A stretch of 33,746 nucleotides of DNA, from NCBI GenBank assembly GCA_040182905.1, contig JARQWU010000095.1, forward strand, positions 1 to 33,746. Direction: 5' to 3'. The DNA comes from Barthelona sp. PAP020. Taxonomy: Eukaryota. How positions within the stretch are numbered: the stretch's first letter is position 1; every line of letters begins with the position of its first letter. The notes beneath the pieces are model-generated. The model saw only the letters and a list, made by a program, of their open reading frames with translations, ran no database searches and was not told where the DNA came from. Below are positions 30,596 to 33,746 of this stretch, piece by piece. A program made the translations under genes and the position numbers.

Positions 30596-31685
30596 TAAAT
30601 TTCACGATATTCAAAATCTTCATCAAGAATTGCTTGACCAGTTCCTCTTTCCAATGATCCAACAATCCAACAACCATCGCCAAATTGTTCAACAAACTTT
30701 TCAGCAACTTCAGGCTTAGCAACAATAAGCAGTCCGCCTGAAGTTTCAGCTGCCAAACCAAAACGTAATTTCCAATGAGGAAACGCTTCTTGAACCTGAA
30801 CAGTTCCTTTTATGACGGGCAATTCATGAATTCGCATGTTCAAGTCCTTACAGTCAGCACTTTCCAACAGATTTTGCCCATGCCCAATGATTCCAAATCC
30901 AGTAACATCAGTCGAGCATTTACACCTTAATTCAAACATTAGAGAAGCTGCTTTATGATTCAAAGAGGCCATTTGATCCTCAGATTGATTTTTCATTCGA
31001 CGTATGTCATCAAAATCTATCCCAACCTTTCTTAGCTTCTCCAAATTTCCATCAGCAGAAAAGTCGTCATTCTCATGCTTTCCAAGCCATTGTGCAGGTC
31101 CACCAACCAACTGAGTCCCCAAAGGTTTGGTCAAAATCACTTTATCTCCTTCCTCAAACACAGCTTTTGCTGGGTTCAACATTTGAGATTCATGAACAAC
31201 TGCCATTACAGTTCCACCAATCAAAGGCCAAGGAGAAAACGTTGTTTGACCTCCAGTAACCTTTGTTTCCGCTAATTGAGCATTATCATTGAAACCTTTA
31301 ATGATTTGAGGTACTATTTCAGCACGTAAATCAGAATCCCAAGAATCAGGAACTGATAAGGACATCAATACATTGGTAAATTTCGTAATCCCTAAAGAAT
31401 ATAAATCAGAAACTACATTTGCCAAGGCAATTTTACCTTGTATGTATGGATCATCACATATTGGAGTAAAATAATCAACAGATGAAACCAAATAATATCC
31501 AGGAATATCAATTGGTTCAATTGAACAATCAGAACTACCAATTTTTTCGCCATCTTCAACATTATCTAAATATGAAAGAAGTTCTTGTTGTGATACCTAA
31601 CTATCAGCTAAAAGCAGAAAAAATTATTAATTACCTTACAAGCTCATCCCTTTCGTGTACTGTATGATGTCAAACGGCAACTCAT
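30595..31685 (-). CDS. SPS2: selenophosphate synthetase SPS2, Sec-containing, 350 aa; exons 31685-31635 and 31596-30595; UGA(Sec) at 31646-31644
   Basis: Spliced N-terminus MSCRLTSYSTRKG-[TGA]-ACK|VSQQELLSYL... continues in frame into DYFTPICDDPY, ANVVSDLYSLG, GGQT, LTKPLGTQ, TDVTGFG..GH and AETSGGLL, all SelD/SPS motifs of eukaryotic type. Confidence 0.93.
31597..31634 (-). other. spliceosomal intron, 38 nt (SPS2)
   Basis: GTAATTAATAATTTTTTCTGCTTTTAGCTGATAGTTAG. Removing it restores the conserved CK-V junction and the reading frame. Confidence 0.85.
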
Positions 31686-31966
31686 ACAATAACAATTCAG
31701 ATAAAAAAACTGATAGAATAATCTCTCAACTTGGTTGTTTGTCAATCAGACTCTCATTTTTTCTTTCTTTTTTTTTTAATTTTAATAAAAAGTAAAACAA
31801 TTCATAAGTTTATTGAAAAACAGAATGAAAAAATATTTGTTGATACACATTTAAATTAAATATTATTGATACACTTTTAAAAGAATCACACAAAAACTAC
31901 ATTTGTAATAAATTTAAAATGTTTGAATAATCATGAAAGAAAAACAAAAAAATTTTTTGTCATTCA

Positions 31967-33265
31967 ATGATAACTCTTCGCAGAATTAAAGAACAAATTA
32001 TTAGTCTACCTAATGAGATAGTGTTGAACATAATTTATTTTTTAGCGTTTCTTCTTCGAATTGGATTGATAATATTTGGTGCAATATTTGATGCGAGGCA
32101 AGATATCAGATATACAGATATTGATTATTTTGTATTTACAGAAGCTTCTGCATATGTGTTACAAGGACAAAGTCCTTATGAACGTCATACATATAGATAT
32201 ACCCCATTACTCTCATACATTGTATTACCTTCGGTATGGGTACCATGGTTTGGCAAAGTTTTGTTTGCTTTGTGTGATATTTGGTGTGCTTATTTGATTG
32301 TTTCCATTTTGAAATATTTGAGAAAAGATAAGGGTTATTTGATTACTAATAAACAAATATATATAGGTTTATGCATTTGGTTATTCTCTCCTTCCACCGC
32401 TATCATTAGTTCTAGAGGAAATTCGGATGGCATTGTTTGTCTACTGGTATTTTTATTCATAAACACATTTTTAAAAGAAAAAATTATAACCTCTGCATTG
32501 ATTTTTGGGTTGAGCGTTCATTTTCGTATTTATCCAGTTATTTTTGCACCAGCTGTTGTTTTCTACTTTTTCAGAGATACTGGTAAATTAATCAATTGGA
32601 AAGTCATCAAATTTGCAGCGATTTCAATGGGAACTTTGGCTTTCTTCACAACTGTCTTCTATAAAATGTATGGGGATGAATTCTTGTTTGAAGCGTTCCT
32701 GTATCATGCAGTACGTAAAGATCACCGTCACAACATGTCTGTTTACTTCAACTCAATCTATCTCAATTTTTTCAATGATTCAAAGCTTCTCATGCTGTTT
32801 CATTCTTCTGTTCTAGTTATTCAATTGTTGCTCACTATTGTCACTGCTTTTTCCTTAAATGCCTTTGCAAGCGATTTTGAAGCTAAGCCTACTTTTATTC
32901 TATCTATTTTTGTTCACACTTTGATCTTTGTTGCATTCAACAAAGTCATTACAACACAATATTTTATTTGGTTCTCAAGTGTGCTCAGCTTATTGATTCC
33001 TTTCTTGAAAATGTCAACAAAGGAACTTCTCTCTCTCATCTTTTTTTGTGGTGGCTCTGTTTTATTCTGGGATTATTATGGTTATAAATTGGAGTTCAAG
33101 TCAGAAGCCGTTTTTTCCCAATTATTTATTGCTTCTTCGGCTATTCTTGCTGCTTTCACAACAATAGCTATTGTTATAATTCAAAAATTTTCAATATCTT
33201 CATCTTCTTCAGCGGTTGAAACTAAAAGCGAAAACAGTGATGAAATCAAGGAAAAAAATGAATAA
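31967..33265 (+). CDS. PIGM: GPI mannosyltransferase I (PIG-M/Gpi14)
   Basis: YTDIDYFVFTEAS (DxD motif), SPYERHTYRYTPLL, ISSRGNSD, SVHFRIYPVIF, LYHAVRKDHRHNMSVYF and FVAFNKVITTQYFIW. Multi-pass membrane protein with a C-terminal KEKNE (KxKxx ER retrieval signal). Confidence 0.95.
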   Translation: MITLRRIKEQIISLPNEIVLNIIYFLAFLLRIGLIIFGAIFDARQDIRYTDIDYFVFTEASAYVLQGQSPYERHTYRYTPLLSYIVLPSVWVPWFGKVLFALCDIWCAYLIVSILKYLRKDKGYLITNKQIYIGLCIWLFSPSTAIISSRGNSDGIVCLLVFLFINTFLKEKIITSALIFGLSVHFRIYPVIFAPAVVFYFFRDTGKLINWKVIKFAAISMGTLAFFTTVFYKMYGDEFLFEAFLYHAVRKDHRHNMSVYFNSIYLNFFNDSKLLMLFHSSVLVIQLLLTIVTAFSLNAFASDFEAKPTFILSIFVHTLIFVAFNKVITTQYFIWFSSVLSLLIPFLKMSTKELLSLIFFCGGSVLFWDYYGYKLEFKSEAVFSQLFIASSAILAAFTTIAIVIIQKFSISSSSSAVETKSENSDEIKEKNE

Positions 33266-33527
33266 TAAATTCAATGTGACCTCTTTTTTTTTGAATCTTC
33301 CATTGAACTAGTAAACTTTTGTCTTCTCAAGTAAATTAAAGTTACAAACGTTTAATATTAAGAAATTTATAGTTACAAAAAAAGATATATCCAATAATCT
33401 CAAAATAAGTAACAAATAATCAATAAAAAACAATAAATATTTGCATTTTTTCCAAATAATTAAGTTCTAAAATGAACAAGAAAGAAAAAAAAAATGGCGT
33501 TGTTTCCATTAATCTCATTTACAACTT

Positions 33528-33746
33528 ATGGTTAACACCACACCTATCTCCTTTGGAGGACACCGTGTAGGACGTAGTAACGAACTTTTAAAAGAAAATG
33601 TACTCAAAATGAAGAAATTACAACTAATTTTTTAGGAAAAGGAAAAAGATGTTAGAATGTCCAATATTAAACAAGCTAAATCTGTTGCTGATGCAGTACG
33701 TACTTCACTTGGCCCAAAAGGTATGGATAAAATGATTGTTGACGAA
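33528..33746 (+). CDS. CCT4: T-complex protein 1 subunit delta (CCT4), 5' part, truncated by the window end; exons 33528-33599 and 33636->
   Basis: Spliced reading [85 protein letters not shown] is characteristic of CCT delta. Confidence 0.88.
33600..33635 (+). other. spliceosomal intron, 36 nt (CCT4)
   Basis: GTACTCAAAATGAAGAAATTACAACTAATTTTTTAG has GT..AG ends and an ACTAAT branch motif. If retained, its terminal TAG is an in-frame stop. Confidence 0.8.

Noticed and set aside
33494..33535. Upstream ATG ORF ([13 protein letters not shown]) overlapping the CCT4 start
   Set aside because: It begins upstream of the putative TCATT initiator, so it is probably not in the mRNA; nothing else supports it.

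Overview
This is AT-rich, gene-dense eukaryotic DNA, probably from a protist; the lineage cannot be fixed from sequence alone. It uses the standard code, and TAA, TAG and TGA all terminate genes. It holds two tRNA genes (Lys-CTT, Val-TAC) flanking a ~1.9 kb stretch with no intact gene, followed by 16 protein genes. These are Vps29, a PARP1-type zinc-finger protein with no catalytic domain, an ARK-like kinesin, a DOCK-C/D GEF, two unknowns, SGF29, an Aurora-like kinase, an LRR protein, a WD40 protein, Rictor, a stand-alone hSac2 protein, a ~1530 aa orphan type-I membrane protein, selenophosphate synthetase, PIG-M and the 5' end of CCT4. Three 36-38 nt GT-AG introns, missed by the ORF track, complete Vps29, SPS and CCT4. 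The main finding is that the spliced SPS gene has an in-frame UGA at the catalytic position (KG-U-ACK), making it a selenoprotein SPS2. Two non-canonical SECIS-like hairpins lie downstream of it. Also notable are branch points lying almost against the 3' splice site, a TCATT initiator-like motif just before several ATGs, and a 38-bp divergent promoter with a dyad. I found no mobile element or CRISPR array.
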